Origin: Porphyridium purpureum
Lineage: Eukaryota
Length of the DNA: 64,000 nt
Assembly (NCBI GenBank): GCA_008690995.1
Contig: VRMN01000010.1
Coordinates: 186,001 to 250,000, forward strand
Direction of reading: 5' to 3'
Position numbers and translations under genes: made by a program
Part shown: positions 11,801 through 20,739 of the stretch, in pieces
How the letters are laid out: each line of letters opens with the position of its first letter
Numbering within the stretch: the stretch's first letter is position 1
Notes under the pieces: model-generated
Told to the model about the DNA's origin: nothing
Seen by the model: the letters and a program-made list of their open reading frames with translations, nothing else
Database searches by the model: none

Positions 11801-14035
11801 TGTCCAGTGTGTCGACGTCTTGCCAATGTTATCATGCCCGTCGTGGGCCGGGATAAGTCCGACAAGAGCAGGAGCAATATGGATCCATGGCCACGTGGTG
11901 CCCATGCAGCTGCCGCGTTAGCCGCTCGATCTGTGTCTGATACGGACGAGACTGAGCGTAGTTCTGCGCGCGATCGTACTTTCGGGTCGCCCGAAGCCTT
12001 TCACTCGTGGCTCGTTGAGTTGGATCACAGGCACGCGCACCATCTGCGGTCTTCCGAGGGTGAAAATGGAGCCGAGGGCCTCGGCAGTACAGATCCAGTG
12101 TCACGACGTGGCGGCCAGCTAGGAGCCATGCACTCCGCCCGGCAGGGAAAGGTAGATTCTGGCTCAGTGGCCTCTGCTTCTTCTGATTTTCATGAGGATG
12201 ATGATGAGCAGGCCCGAATCGCAGTCGATGAGCATGGAATGGACGTGGAACCGGCGCACATGAATGGAGCGCGAGGAACTATGGGAGATGGCAACGTGAA
12301 TTCTGATACACCTATGACGGGACCGGTCGTCAATCAGAATGTCGAGACCATGAATGTCGCGAATTCAGCTTTTAACTTCACGCCAAATGCTTTATTCGCG
12401 CAGCTTAGTGGGATTGCTGGCACCATGCGCTTTGTGCTCGAGAGTCTTGAAAGTGTCATGACGCTTCCGTGGCGGCGTCAGGACGCTTCTCTCGGGCATG
12501 ACAATGTCGCATCTCCTCATGGAGTCAGGAATCAGAATCAATTGCGAAACAATACGCCGGTCATGCAGGGTGTTCGAGTGAACCCGATGCGTGGAGGACA
12601 GCATCACAGTGCATCACTATGGAGCGTCACAGGTGCCGCAGCTTTGCGGCTACCGTTTGGCGCAGATCAGAATGCCAGCCACCTTCGTGAACCGAATGAT
12701 TCCGATGATGTTTCCGCGTCTGCTGCTGCGAGTGTCGAGCGGCTCTTTATGTCGTGCGCATACACGATGCTTGCTTTGGAAATTCAGGCGCGTCTCGAAC
12801 CGTTGTCTGGCGCGCAACAGCGTCAGATCGTCGGCCCTTTGCACATGATGTTCCTTTCGTGCCGAGCGCATGCTCGCTCTGACGATGCGTTCGGTCGCAG
12901 CAGCAGCGGAGCCAAAACCGATTCGGTTGACCTGCCTGTCATTTTTTCCAAGATTGTCGCGCGCGCGCGGCGAGCTTCAAATAGGAGTCAAACGCGAAGT
13001 GGCGTGGACCCATTCGTGCTCTTATTCGCTATGCTTGTAGCGTGGCCGCGCGCAATGCACTTGACCAGCATCATGTATTGCGTCCGCTTTGCGTACTTTG
13101 TCGCCGTGGCCCAAAGTCCGGGCAGACTTCACGCAGAGGATAGGAGCGGACATGTCGACGAGGACAGTGATCGCGTCAACGTGGCGTATGGTACGCTGCT
13201 GTTTCTTAGACGCGCCGCGATTTTGCTCGCGGTTGTGCTCCAGAATAGCGCGATCGCGCTGGACCACGTGTGCTTGACCACTGCACTGGAGCTGGAAATG
13301 GATGAGGACCAGGGAGCCGCGTTGTATCGTTCTGGTATGATGCCCAACGCCTGGTTGGCAAAAGGACAAAATGGATCTTTGATTGGTAGTCGGATTAACT
13401 TGGACATGCTTGTGCAGCAAGCTGAATCGCTTCGTCGAGCGCTCATGCTTCCGCTCGTGAATGTGCGAAGTGCTGTCCAGATTGTGGGTTACAGAGAGAG
13501 CAGTAATCGAGGTCAGCTGGAACTTGGGCCGCATGTCCGTGAACCGGCTTTGCTGCCGCTTCCGCTGAGACTGATCCGGCTTCCGCGCTTGTTCCAAGAC
13601 TTGCTGGAGTGCTTCCACACTCAGAAATGCTTCGATTGCGGCCGATTGCCACAAATGCCGGCTTTGTGTCTCGTGTGTGGTGTCTTAATTTGTGCGTTGG
13701 GTGCTTGCAATAACGCAAGCACGCTCGCACGTCCAAACGCGAACGGCAGCTGCGCGCGCCACGCGGAGCAGTGTGGCGCTGGTACAGGCGTTTTCTTGAT
13801 CCTCAAGCTCACCTCGGTGCTCATTCTTCGCGAGGATCGGCGTGCTCACTGGGGCTCTCCGTACCTTGACGACCATGGCGAGGAAGATATTGAGCTTCGC
13901 CGCGGGAAGCCTCTAATTCTCAGTAAGGCACGCTACAAGTTTCTGCAGAGTCTGTGGCTTTCTAGCGCGTTTGATTCAAACTCGCTGGTGCTCGCGCAGA
14001 CGGTTCGCCTCGGTGAGACTGCTGATCTGACATGA
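5822..14035 (+). CDS. PRT6: UBR-box/RING E3 ubiquitin ligase (N-recognin, PRT6/UBR1-3 family), 2737 aa, uninterrupted
   Basis: UBR box 'CGLVW...YKCKTCERDPTCAICVSCF...H.GH...GGCCDCGD..AW...GFCSRH'; 'GMWRRNG'; split RING 'CALC...CGHCMH..C...EFLCPVCRRLAN'; C-terminal 'WGSPYLDDHGEEDIELRRGKPL'. Confidence 0.93.
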   Translation: MERRAPPPGAAPSRAGGLRRVGQRAAGGHGVVREGEGVDVGRSLSGVLHARKDDLVALVDALDDVDALCAVVDWDAASPAQRAAEVHVDALLENCDYAALAQCILDRKGGSERIASMLSACIGLRVRGEGTARLRAACGEDGARSGVCGLVWKKDELAYKCKTCERDPTCAICVSCFRHGDHAGHDFAMIRTGGGCCDCGDGQAWRKSGFCSRHRGASSEQDDPAVHIPPAVQQRIGVVSRVVIERIALLLAGAREKGKQRRIRADLSDASQLSASTVQVSISLLKWMQQLVGVGDGVCRLVGLQFVLQWRELMRALKFAPNAPPPENHVPCVLWRLLQLDGFARLPLPVSRELHALYYSLITDLVFKRAFLHMFVANYERYIYCLLQRRTSTSSATNGSTGRDNTTTHAARTTRQAQAEERDDNQDARAVATDNEQTDGEDSEMGAREDDVGFEIQTSAEPRRVETEVSQSDDRVTSVGEVAQLDLAPRGSSSGANAEEETRMEFATAPAASAGRGTDGDLSAGLDVHQRHPLHERETDVEQVADGTGLNSLSGRRVVDRSASPDAQTLPVPSRTLGSSLRRGAPDRGGMGSDGIAHRSLELESDVESDDGGSNEDMDEDEGEEQNSRDGDREVHDTDDGDELDVVHAIMLMDEMDELNAAQNGAFVQPRVVDMDFGMGLIAPDEDDDTGMVMAADTDGDDNNGDDGDSASRAGDLVDIFTVQLFTVPALVPVMIERNGLTDVLLDVLYVLLWRVSSPIHQAGTPAAATGATRGTEAAVPRSAAVSVSSPTGANAQEGPRKKLCSFQKDYNFSFQNREQQSYDLQTLSEKEQAWFRHQHPLLYEAQMQGANVPPTPDGAELAAQSLRVVDLGKQEVSKQEVIDSVCWRVIYDLRYVLTHVEAAAHVMHARRHVLLRKFVRVLRLLQGMNAVRREMVTHVEQETDHWALAFTLELEMHQLVDLLMAGFLHPHADKSASLAAIGIVRAELDSWLRADAARERAQFAVWLLREFKVSCDPVSLHLPLHRFLALLASELLHVHRVPLRQALGFVDEGRGRHDWMVSALMLCDHVIRVQVFMAQVHAGMWRRNGRPVVGQAILYRSVFCVEWLVDLDIFLIQACAQLVSHAEFEAFVVKRFGLTDMIRNMRALVRSERRGANVHDLYGEGDALMTESAESAHALASRSLLVDASERNHSDESHVGPAEGHASETQGPNLGVACIARNEYEPVLLEDLLLLFIYIACERSRSGMTSEQNLRYKFLQKLAIADQTHSQLVRVVPRRFASASHVQQQRRHSVLHGSASSQSGEIALELELERADSVNSASANFGSRRQSQSTVFSNSSRANSQSLAQDDVDTNGVVERLLDELASFSHPREMEQGCYVLKDSSWDDFDPFASQYSHRERAAAEERFLAFRKRHQNKDESSSGARNANRVAMVPSRNFAMRPCYPELQGLQLLPSALCMTSAPPLTNHSGTTAARNLGLVPAILAACVKIAESSTAGRIGQNTESSPFGQHADAAHGAGAGTDADAHLPPPHVVHQTHPADDSDEAIVERIRHRRSRPTPAVVLGAATLDFDTAMHLSLCLLSMSLECENSLLEEGRTNVDDIERRLRRILLHEQNDGWHVLELIERLHRMDSLRHDEEVGAYLNRILDTLNALQEHDLMSDLREALAHVPAYGALCAARQRSAQEEQQHAGQLREQARRLEAQKRKEQAMARIKAQQDAFVRKIKMDEDNEFGLDNTNGTEEEEDDDEDGDPIVDSDLVCALCRDGPRSGTGSSGSASNSAAAVKGSACESDTSQDIGYIGFAQRSNLGVLARRSTKQRSAFVQPFGGDDGASYVYPGSEHSPSGVSTVGLDAAAETPSASFGSLGDFRGLSRLALGGMQSEEEVLTSGSVRTPIQGQGSSEADPEGEVSHESLKYCLTNGLDDAAGIYIGFCGHCMHRSCFESYFSSLLMSQLRRIPIPGDDMLAAQLLLTGVGADGDGIARWHRGEFLCPVCRRLANVIMPVVGRDKSDKSRSNMDPWPRGAHAAAALAARSVSDTDETERSSARDRTFGSPEAFHSWLVELDHRHAHHLRSSEGENGAEGLGSTDPVSRRGGQLGAMHSARQGKVDSGSVASASSDFHEDDDEQARIAVDEHGMDVEPAHMNGARGTMGDGNVNSDTPMTGPVVNQNVETMNVANSAFNFTPNALFAQLSGIAGTMRFVLESLESVMTLPWRRQDASLGHDNVASPHGVRNQNQLRNNTPVMQGVRVNPMRGGQHHSASLWSVTGAAALRLPFGADQNASHLREPNDSDDVSASAAASVERLFMSCAYTMLALEIQARLEPLSGAQQRQIVGPLHMMFLSCRAHARSDDAFGRSSSGAKTDSVDLPVIFSKIVARARRASNRSQTRSGVDPFVLLFAMLVAWPRAMHLTSIMYCVRFAYFVAVAQSPGRLHAEDRSGHVDEDSDRVNVAYGTLLFLRRAAILLAVVLQNSAIALDHVCLTTALELEMDEDQGAALYRSGMMPNAWLAKGQNGSLIGSRINLDMLVQQAESLRRALMLPLVNVRSAVQIVGYRESSNRGQLELGPHVREPALLPLPLRLIRLPRLFQDLLECFHTQKCFDCGRLPQMPALCLVCGVLICALGACNNASTLARPNANGSCARHAEQCGAGTGVFLILKLTSVLILREDRRAHWGSPYLDDHGEEDIELRRGKPLILSKARYKFLQSLWLSSAFDSNSLVLAQTVRLGETADLT

Positions 14036-14295
14036 ATATGTGGATGATCCGGTGTGGAAGGCCACGGGACGACTCACCTTTTGAAAACCGTGCAAACGGC
14101 GTGTTTCCAGACATGAAAGCATTGTTATGGTTATCACGTTGCCGTTCAGCTCACGGCGTGGAGGCGGGATCTCGCTATCATTTTTTGTGATTGTTTGCGC
14201 GTGCGCGAGACGATCGTCTCGTCATATGAGTTCCGTGTTTTAGTTTTCAAGCGCTTAATTAGAATGAGGTCTCGCATTTCGCGTGCGGGATGGAT

Positions 14296-15534
14296 TCAAT
14301 ACTTCTGCTGCGATTCCACATCGCGTCTCGAATTGAAGTCGCCAAACACATTCTCTGGGTCCTCTTCGTCAAGTTCGCCGCCGAAATCCTCGGCGTCCTT
14401 GAGAACCTTGTACTGTGTCATGTCGTGCGGGTCGCGTATTTGCGGATGGATCGGCGGGTCGAGATTGCGAATGAGCGCAAAGTTCACGTCTTTGAACCAT
14501 TTGTGATTCTTGATATCTGTCGCCCCGCCGCCATGCCCGAGCCGCTTGCCGGCTTCGCGGGTGAGCAAGCTCTTGATGAGCAGTTTGCCTTCCTTGCTGA
14601 TCACTACGTCGTCCGGAAACTTGACCTCTTTGGTCAAGATGTTCTCAAAGGTCTCTGACTGCTGGCTGGCCTTGAATGGAGTGCAGCCGCACATCATCTC
14701 ATAGATCAAGATGCCAAGCGTCCACCAGTCCACAGACGCGGTCTGCGGCGTGCCGCTCACCACTTCAGGTGCAATGTACTCCTCCGTGCCTACAAAGGAG
14801 TTGGTCGAGTACTGCATCACCGGCTCCGAATTGACGATTTCGAGCGAGCCCATTTGCGAGCTGCGCTTGTTCTTGAACACGCCCTTGGCCCTGTCCATGA
14901 ATGACTCTGAGCTTTTCACGACGCGCGGCTTGACCGCAGTAGCCTGCTTCGACAAGTCAAAGTCTGTAAGTGAAAGGTGGCCACTCGCGTGCATCATCAC
15001 GTTCTCAGGCTTGAGGTCCCGATAAATAAAGCCCAAGTGGTGCAGGTACTCGAGCGCGAGCGTTACCTCGGCGGCATAGAAGCGCGCTGCGTCCTCCGTC
15101 ATGCGCTTTTGCGGCTGTTTCTGCAGCACGCGGAAAAATTCCCCACCGGCTGCGTACTCCATCACGAAAAAGAGCTTCTCCTTGGTCTGGAAGCTTGCAT
15201 ACATCGTGATGATGAAAGGGTGGTTGGCCGTCGCAAAGATCTCGCGCTCAGTCATCACACGCTGCACCTTGTTGCGCTGGATCATCTCTTCCTTGGTCAT
15301 CTCTTTCATCGCATACAGCTTTTCCGAGCCCTTGAGCAGCACAAGATACACACGCCCCACGCCGCCGCGCCCAATCAGCTTGAGCTTGCGGAACAAGTGC
15401 GGCCCCACCTCACCCTGCACCGGAAACGCGTCGCTCCGCGGGAGCGCCGCCATTTGCAGCGACGCGCGCGACTCGCTCATGCTCGGCCCGGCGGACCGCG
15501 CCGGCGTCGAGACCTCATCGCCGCTCGTCTCCAT
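14296..15534 (-). CDS. AGC-family Ser/Thr kinase (Fpk1/Kin82/phototropin-kinase-like, no LOV domains)
   Basis: GRGGVGRV, YAMK, YRDLKPEN, DFDLS (DFD variant) followed by an insertion, SFVGTEEYIAPE, VDWWTLG. First ATG at 15534 (METSGDE); the upstream in-frame stretch is a GA-rich leader. Confidence 0.93.
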   Translation of the reverse strand: METSGDEVSTPARSAGPSMSESRASLQMAALPRSDAFPVQGEVGPHLFRKLKLIGRGGVGRVYLVLLKGSEKLYAMKEMTKEEMIQRNKVQRVMTEREIFATANHPFIITMYASFQTKEKLFFVMEYAAGGEFFRVLQKQPQKRMTEDAARFYAAEVTLALEYLHHLGFIYRDLKPENVMMHASGHLSLTDFDLSKQATAVKPRVVKSSESFMDRAKGVFKNKRSSQMGSLEIVNSEPVMQYSTNSFVGTEEYIAPEVVSGTPQTASVDWWTLGILIYEMMCGCTPFKASQQSETFENILTKEVKFPDDVVISKEGKLLIKSLLTREAGKRLGHGGGATDIKNHKWFKDVNFALIRNLDPPIHPQIRDPHDMTQYKVLKDAEDFGGELDEEDPENVFGDFNSRRDVESQQKY

Positions 15535-16181
15535 ATCCACTCTTCTTTGCCACTCGGCCGTTCCTACACCGTTTCCGCAAATCCGTTCACTCCCTCGCGT
15601 CTCCTCGCTCTCTCGCTGTGCCTCTCTCTTTCTTTCTCCGTGCCTCTCTCTGTGCGTCTGCCGCCGTGCCTCCGCGCGCACGCTCTGCCGCACCACGCAC
15701 CCGCTCCCGCGGCCAACCGCCTCGCTCTGTCTCGCTCCTTCCCTCTTCCTCTCTCCCTTCCCACCTTCTTGCGTCCTTCTTTCGTGCCGCGCGAATCCAA
15801 CGGCAACAACGAATCTGCAGTCAGACAATAAAACAGACGCCAGAACCAAACAAGTCGAGCCTGCTCTTCCAACAGACGACAGGCCGCGGTCGAGACATGC
15901 GCAAACGACCACCCTTCCTCCTCCTGCTCCTCCTGTCTCTCTCTCTCTCTCTCTCTCGCACCACACGCGGCTCCTCCTCCCCTCCACACGCGCGCACTCG
16001 CCAAATTCCCGCGCCGCACCAACACGCTCAGCTCGCAGTTTACTAGTAAATTTGCGCGTTTTACTAGGAATTGTGGCCGTTACACAAACGCGATTTGCGC
16101 ACCGGTGCGCGGCTGCATGCAGCGGCAAGTGGTGGCGACCTTGTCGGCGAGTGATTCGTCCTTTCGTCTGTGGCTCTGAGA

Positions 16182-16646
16182 ATGGAACGCATCGTGCACG
16201 CCGGAGCGCGCGTGACCGTACTGCACGTGGTGGCGTTTATCTTTGCGATCGTGGTGCAGACGTCTTTGAAGTTTAGCGCGCAGCGCGCCGCGCGCAATCA
16301 GCAAAAGCCGTTCGTGAGGTACTCGGTCCAGGCGCAGGATCGAGCGCTGCTCGTTGCCGATCGCGTCGTCGCGAATGTTACAGAGTGGAGCGTGCCCTTT
16401 CTCAGCTTGTTTTGGTTGAATCTCGCGCTCGTGAGCGCCACGCACTCGGCGGGAGACGGGCAGCACATCGTCACCGCGGGCTGGGTCTTTGCGGTCGCAC
16501 GAGTCGTGTACGTGTTTCTGTGCAACTTTGGCGGCGCGCTCGGGACGTCGGGTCCAAAGCCACGGGTTTTCATCGCAACCGCGCCTGGGTACCTGGCGCT
16601 CTTGTACCTCCTCGTTCGTCTGATATCGTCACTGGTGCAACAGTAG
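16182..16646 (+). CDS. MAPEG-family membrane protein
   Basis: About 154 aa with four hydrophobic segments; 'ADRVVANVTEWSVPF' matches R..aN..E..p.F; 'GWVFAVARVVY'. Confidence 0.75.
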   Translation: MERIVHAGARVTVLHVVAFIFAIVVQTSLKFSAQRAARNQQKPFVRYSVQAQDRALLVADRVVANVTEWSVPFLSLFWLNLALVSATHSAGDGQHIVTAGWVFAVARVVYVFLCNFGGALGTSGPKPRVFIATAPGYLALLYLLVRLISSLVQQ

Positions 16647-16671
16647 CGCGCGTGCGCGGAACGGACGCATC

Positions 16672-17445
16672 ATGTCGTGGACTGCAGATTTCAGCGGCGC
16701 TGTGGTGGTTGTGACGGGCGTTGGCGCCTCGCACTCTATCGGGCACGCCATTGCGGATGCCTTTCTGACCGCCCACGCGCGTGTGGTGTGCCAGTACCGC
16801 CGAGACCACACCGGTGCGGTTGCTCTGCAAGAAAAGTACGGCTCGGAACGAGTGGCGACGTGTCAAGCAGACTTGACGGTGAGTACAGATGTGGACGCAA
16901 TGCTGGATACAGCTGAGCAGAGCTTTGCATCGGTTCCGACCGTGCTCGTAAACAACGCAGGCGTGTACCCGCTCGCGTCCGTGTTGGAGATGAGCGAGGC
17001 AGAGTTCTCCAGTGTCATGCAGTCAAATGTTCACAGCGTGCACTTGTGCACGCAGCTGCTAGCAAGGCGACTCCAGGCGGGCAAAATGGGGGGCGCCATT
17101 GTAAATATCGCGTCCATTGAGGCACATCAGCCAGCCAGTATGCACGCGCATTATTGTGCATCCAAAGCCGCCGTGCTGATGCACACGCGGGCGTCGGCTC
17201 AAGAGCTGGGCGCGTACGGCATCCGGGTCAATTCGGTATCTCCGGGGCTGATCTACCGGCCAGGCATTGAGAACGCGTGGCCAGATGGAGTCCAGCGGTA
17301 CATGCAAGCGGCGCCGCTGTCACGGCTCGGGCAGCCGTCAGAGGTTGCTGCGGCCGTGCTCTTTTTGAGTTCCGATGCCGCGCAATGGGTTTCAGGGGCG
17401 GATCTGGTCGTGGATGGTGGCGTACGAACAAATAACTCCTTTTAA
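16672..17445 (+). CDS. Short-chain dehydrogenase/reductase (FabG-like)
   Basis: 'VVVTGVGASHSIG', 'LVNNAG', 'IVNIAS', catalytic 'YCASK', 'GIRVNSVSPG', 'G..L.VDGG'. Confidence 0.93.
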   Translation: MSWTADFSGAVVVVTGVGASHSIGHAIADAFLTAHARVVCQYRRDHTGAVALQEKYGSERVATCQADLTVSTDVDAMLDTAEQSFASVPTVLVNNAGVYPLASVLEMSEAEFSSVMQSNVHSVHLCTQLLARRLQAGKMGGAIVNIASIEAHQPASMHAHYCASKAAVLMHTRASAQELGAYGIRVNSVSPGLIYRPGIENAWPDGVQRYMQAAPLSRLGQPSEVAAAVLFLSSDAAQWVSGADLVVDGGVRTNNSF

Positions 17446-17580
17446 TGTTTCAAATACTTGTATTATTGCTCCATGTGGAGAACGCTCTCAAGTCTTCGGA
17501 CCGAAAAGTCACCAAGTCTTGTAAAAATCCAGACTCTTCTCCTTGAGACAAAGGACTTGCTCTATCCCGAGTACTCTCAA

Positions 17581-18678
17581 TTAGTCGGTCCACTTTGTCA
17601 GATCAAGCACAAATCGATACTTCACGTCGCCGGCGATCATTCTCTTGAACGCCTCATTTACGCGCCCGACCTCAACGACCTCGCACATAGGCACGATGTT
17701 TTTCTCTGCGCACAACGCGAGCATTTTCTCTGTGACCTTGAGGCCGCCAACCAGCGAGCCACAAAATTGCAGCTGGTTCATCACGATCATGCCCATGTGA
17801 ATTGACATGGGCTTCTCCGGGACGCTGAGCTGGATAAACTTGCCATTTTTCTTAACCAAAGCAAAGTATGGATTCAAATCAATCAGGAAAGGAACTGTGT
17901 TGATCATGACATCCACGCTGCGCGCCTTGGGCTTCATCTGCGCGTCGTCGGCTGACGCCACGTACTCGTCGGCGCCGCATTCCATGGCACCCGCGCGCTT
18001 CTGCTCAGAGCGCGAGAAGACCGTCACTCGCGCGCCCATTGCCTTGGCAAATTTGATCGCAAGATGACCCAGCCCACCAAAGCCCATGACGCCCACATGC
18101 AAGCCAGTCAGGTCTTCGCCCACATAGTGAACAATTGGGAAATAGGTCGTGATGCCAGCGCACAACAGTGGTGCTACTTTCTCAAGCTGCGGCAGAAGCG
18201 CTTCTGGGACCTGAAACACGTTTGCCTCGCGTGTGACGATCTTGCTCGCGTAGCCTCCCTGCGTGATCTTGCAGCACTCTGGCTCGCCCTCACGGCGGCT
18301 TTTCGAGTTGTACGTGGCGGTCATCTGCGTGCACAAGGCAGTCAAATCATTCTTGCAGAATTCGCACGAGTCGCACTGATCCACAAACGTGCCAACCGCG
18401 CCAATGTCGCCCACCTTGAACTTTGTGACCGCAGAACCAACCGCGTCGACCCTGCCGACAATTTCGTGGCCGGGCACCATCGGATAAGGAATGGGGCCCC
18501 ATTCGCTGAGCACGGTGTGCGCGTCCGAGTGACACACGCCACTGTACAGAATCGAGATACTCACGTCGTCTGCCAACAACGCGCGGCGCTGCAGCTCAAT
18601 TTCCGAGAACACTCCGGACGCGTCGTGCGCGGCAAACGCCTTGCACGTCGCGTTCTCTCCAGCTCCTGAAACTCCCAT
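17581..18678 (-). CDS. Zn-dependent NADP-type alcohol dehydrogenase (cinnamyl-alcohol dehydrogenase/Ahr-like)
   Basis: 'GVCHSD', 'VPGHEIVG', structural Zn 'CDSCEFC...C', 'APLLCAGIT', 'GFGGLGH', 'GDVKYRFVLD'. Confidence 0.95.
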   Translation of the reverse strand: MGVSGAGENATCKAFAAHDASGVFSEIELQRRALLADDVSISILYSGVCHSDAHTVLSEWGPIPYPMVPGHEIVGRVDAVGSAVTKFKVGDIGAVGTFVDQCDSCEFCKNDLTALCTQMTATYNSKSRREGEPECCKITQGGYASKIVTREANVFQVPEALLPQLEKVAPLLCAGITTYFPIVHYVGEDLTGLHVGVMGFGGLGHLAIKFAKAMGARVTVFSRSEQKRAGAMECGADEYVASADDAQMKPKARSVDVMINTVPFLIDLNPYFALVKKNGKFIQLSVPEKPMSIHMGMIVMNQLQFCGSLVGGLKVTEKMLALCAEKNIVPMCEVVEVGRVNEAFKRMIAGDVKYRFVLDLTKWTD

Positions 18679-19629
18679 CTTCTCAATAACTCCCTTTTTT
18701 ACTTCTCCCTGCTCGTCTGCTCGCCTACTCGTCTACTCGTCTGTCTGCCTGGTTGCCTGTCTGCCCGCCCGCCACGCACGCTCAGCCGTCGCACGCACGC
18801 CTCCTTATCCGCCACCCACGCGCGATTCCACCCTTTCCACTCGCGCGCTCCATTTGCGGCTCGCTCCAACACACAAGCTTTTTTTCTTCCACGCGGAACA
18901 CGCTTGAACCATGAACGCGCTGAACGGTTTAACGGTTTCTTGGTTTACTATTTTGACACTTGCGCGAATCGGTCTCGGTGAAAACCAAGCCACCGAGCTG
19001 TGTGGCCTTGCTAGACAGAGAGAGTTGTTCAAGAACCCAAAGCTATTGGTTGTGAAAATGTGTTTTCCTCGGAGCCGAGCAAACAGTGGTCGGAACAGCA
19101 GCAGCACTTCCTGCTGAGCAAGCGAGTGTGCTGCGTCCGACGCTCGCCTACGAGATCGCGCCTTTTATAGGGCGATTATGCAGCGCCGTTCTCGACTTCA
19201 ACTTCCACATAACGCCCGGCCAACGCGCCCGCAATAAGGTATGTAACGTGCTCATGCGCGTTACGCTATTTACGCAGCCGAAGCAACATACACACGGGAT
19301 GCCCACTGCAAATTAGTCGCGTTTTCGGCTGAAGTAAAGCCTGTAGAGTGAGAGCGAGAAAATGTCGCGGACCAAGTTGAGAGAAAATAGTGTTGAAGAT
19401 TAGAGCCCTGGCCACCAAGGCATCAAAAATTGTCGAGTAAGATGGCTGTGTAGCGCAATGAAATGAGAGAAAGGCAAAACGTCAGCTCTGTAAGCTTCTA
19501 GCCGCAAATGTACACTGCATCTGGTACCGGTTAATTTTGATGAGAACGTCCCTTTTTTCTTTTACTGTATTCACGCGTTCGAGCCTTCTTTTTTCCAAGA
19601 CAGCTATCCAGTTCCTCTTCACACAGTAG

Positions 19630-20340
19630 CACACTCGCTCCGTGTCACTGTTTGATAGTGTTTCCTGGTGACTTGCACCGCCCCAACTTTGTGCCTGATT
19701 GTCTCACGGCAGCTGAAGGCAAGCCCGCATCATATGTCGCTTTTTTTTTCGGGTCTGTTTGTCGCGCACCAGTAGAGTCTCCCGTACATGACCACTGAAT
19801 GCTACGCTTCCATCCCATCCGTGCGCCCCACTCGCTGCTTTTTCAATTGCGTCCACTCCAGGTGCGCTTTGATCTACCGTTTCAAAACAGCGCCGTGAAG
19901 TGACCGAAACACATCTTCGGCAGTTTATGGCTGAAAGTTTGTCGGTCACGAGAAACTTCCAGAAGTGTGGATTTCTACTCACAAACCCATCCTTTTGCGG
20001 GTGTGTAAAAAGGTCGAGTGTCGTACGCCTCTCCTTCTCTGTCGCCGGTTTTAGGGTGAGCCATTCTTGGTAGCTTTCGCAGGCATATACAGAAGAAATC
20101 AAAACTTTCGTCACTCAACGAAAAGTTCTGCACGCCATCCCTGGTTCAACTAAAAATGAAGCCGACCAAGAGACGCAGTATTCTCTAGAGATCATTTCTC
20201 CAACCATTTTATCTCGCAAGCCGGCAGCTGATAACACATACCGAGGGGAAACAGAAAAAATTATAATACGAGCGAAGAAGTACAGGGACTCAGCAAGCGT
20301 AAATACAAAACAGAATTTGTCGCCTTACATAGGGCGCGGT
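19630..20340 (-). pseudogene. Probable decayed tyrosine recombinase (DIRS/Crypton-like)
   Basis: Across frameshifts the minus strand gives 'KATNSVLYLRLLSPCTSS', 'YACESYQEWLTLKP...LFTHP', 'TRK..ATYDAGLP' and 'IRHKVGAVQVTRKHY', in the order expected for YR boxes I and II. Confidence 0.35.
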
Positions 20341-20739
20341 CCACGAAAGGACTCATGAACCCGGGGCTCAGGAGCAGAACCAAGTGTGTGGATGAGTACG
20401 GCGAGTGGATTATCTCTTGGTGTTTTTCGTGTACCTTTATCTTTGGAGGCACTTTTCATAGGCTTCGTAATTCATTACGGGTACCATCCAGTGCGACCAA
20501 GCGGGCATCTCGCGGGGACTTTGTCTGGAAGATGGCGTGCTCTATCGTGTGCAGTGCACGGTTCTTAGGCTCTTGCATTTCTGATCTGTATGTTGAAATC
20601 TTTAATTCTTTCGGGTCTGAAATACTACCCTAGGAAAGGTCGTGCGAATTTTTTTTTCTCCTGCTTTCGTAAGATTTCGAGCGGATAAGAGAATTTTCAA
20701 AAGCTTTCCCAGGAGATGTCCAGACAAATTTCCCACGAA

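Noticed and set aside
14977..16276. Long plus-strand ORFs antisense to the kinase, and the 198-codon upstream extension of the kinase frame
   Set aside because: Explained by GC-rich codon bias and a GA/CT-rich leader; the translations are low-complexity and have no motifs.
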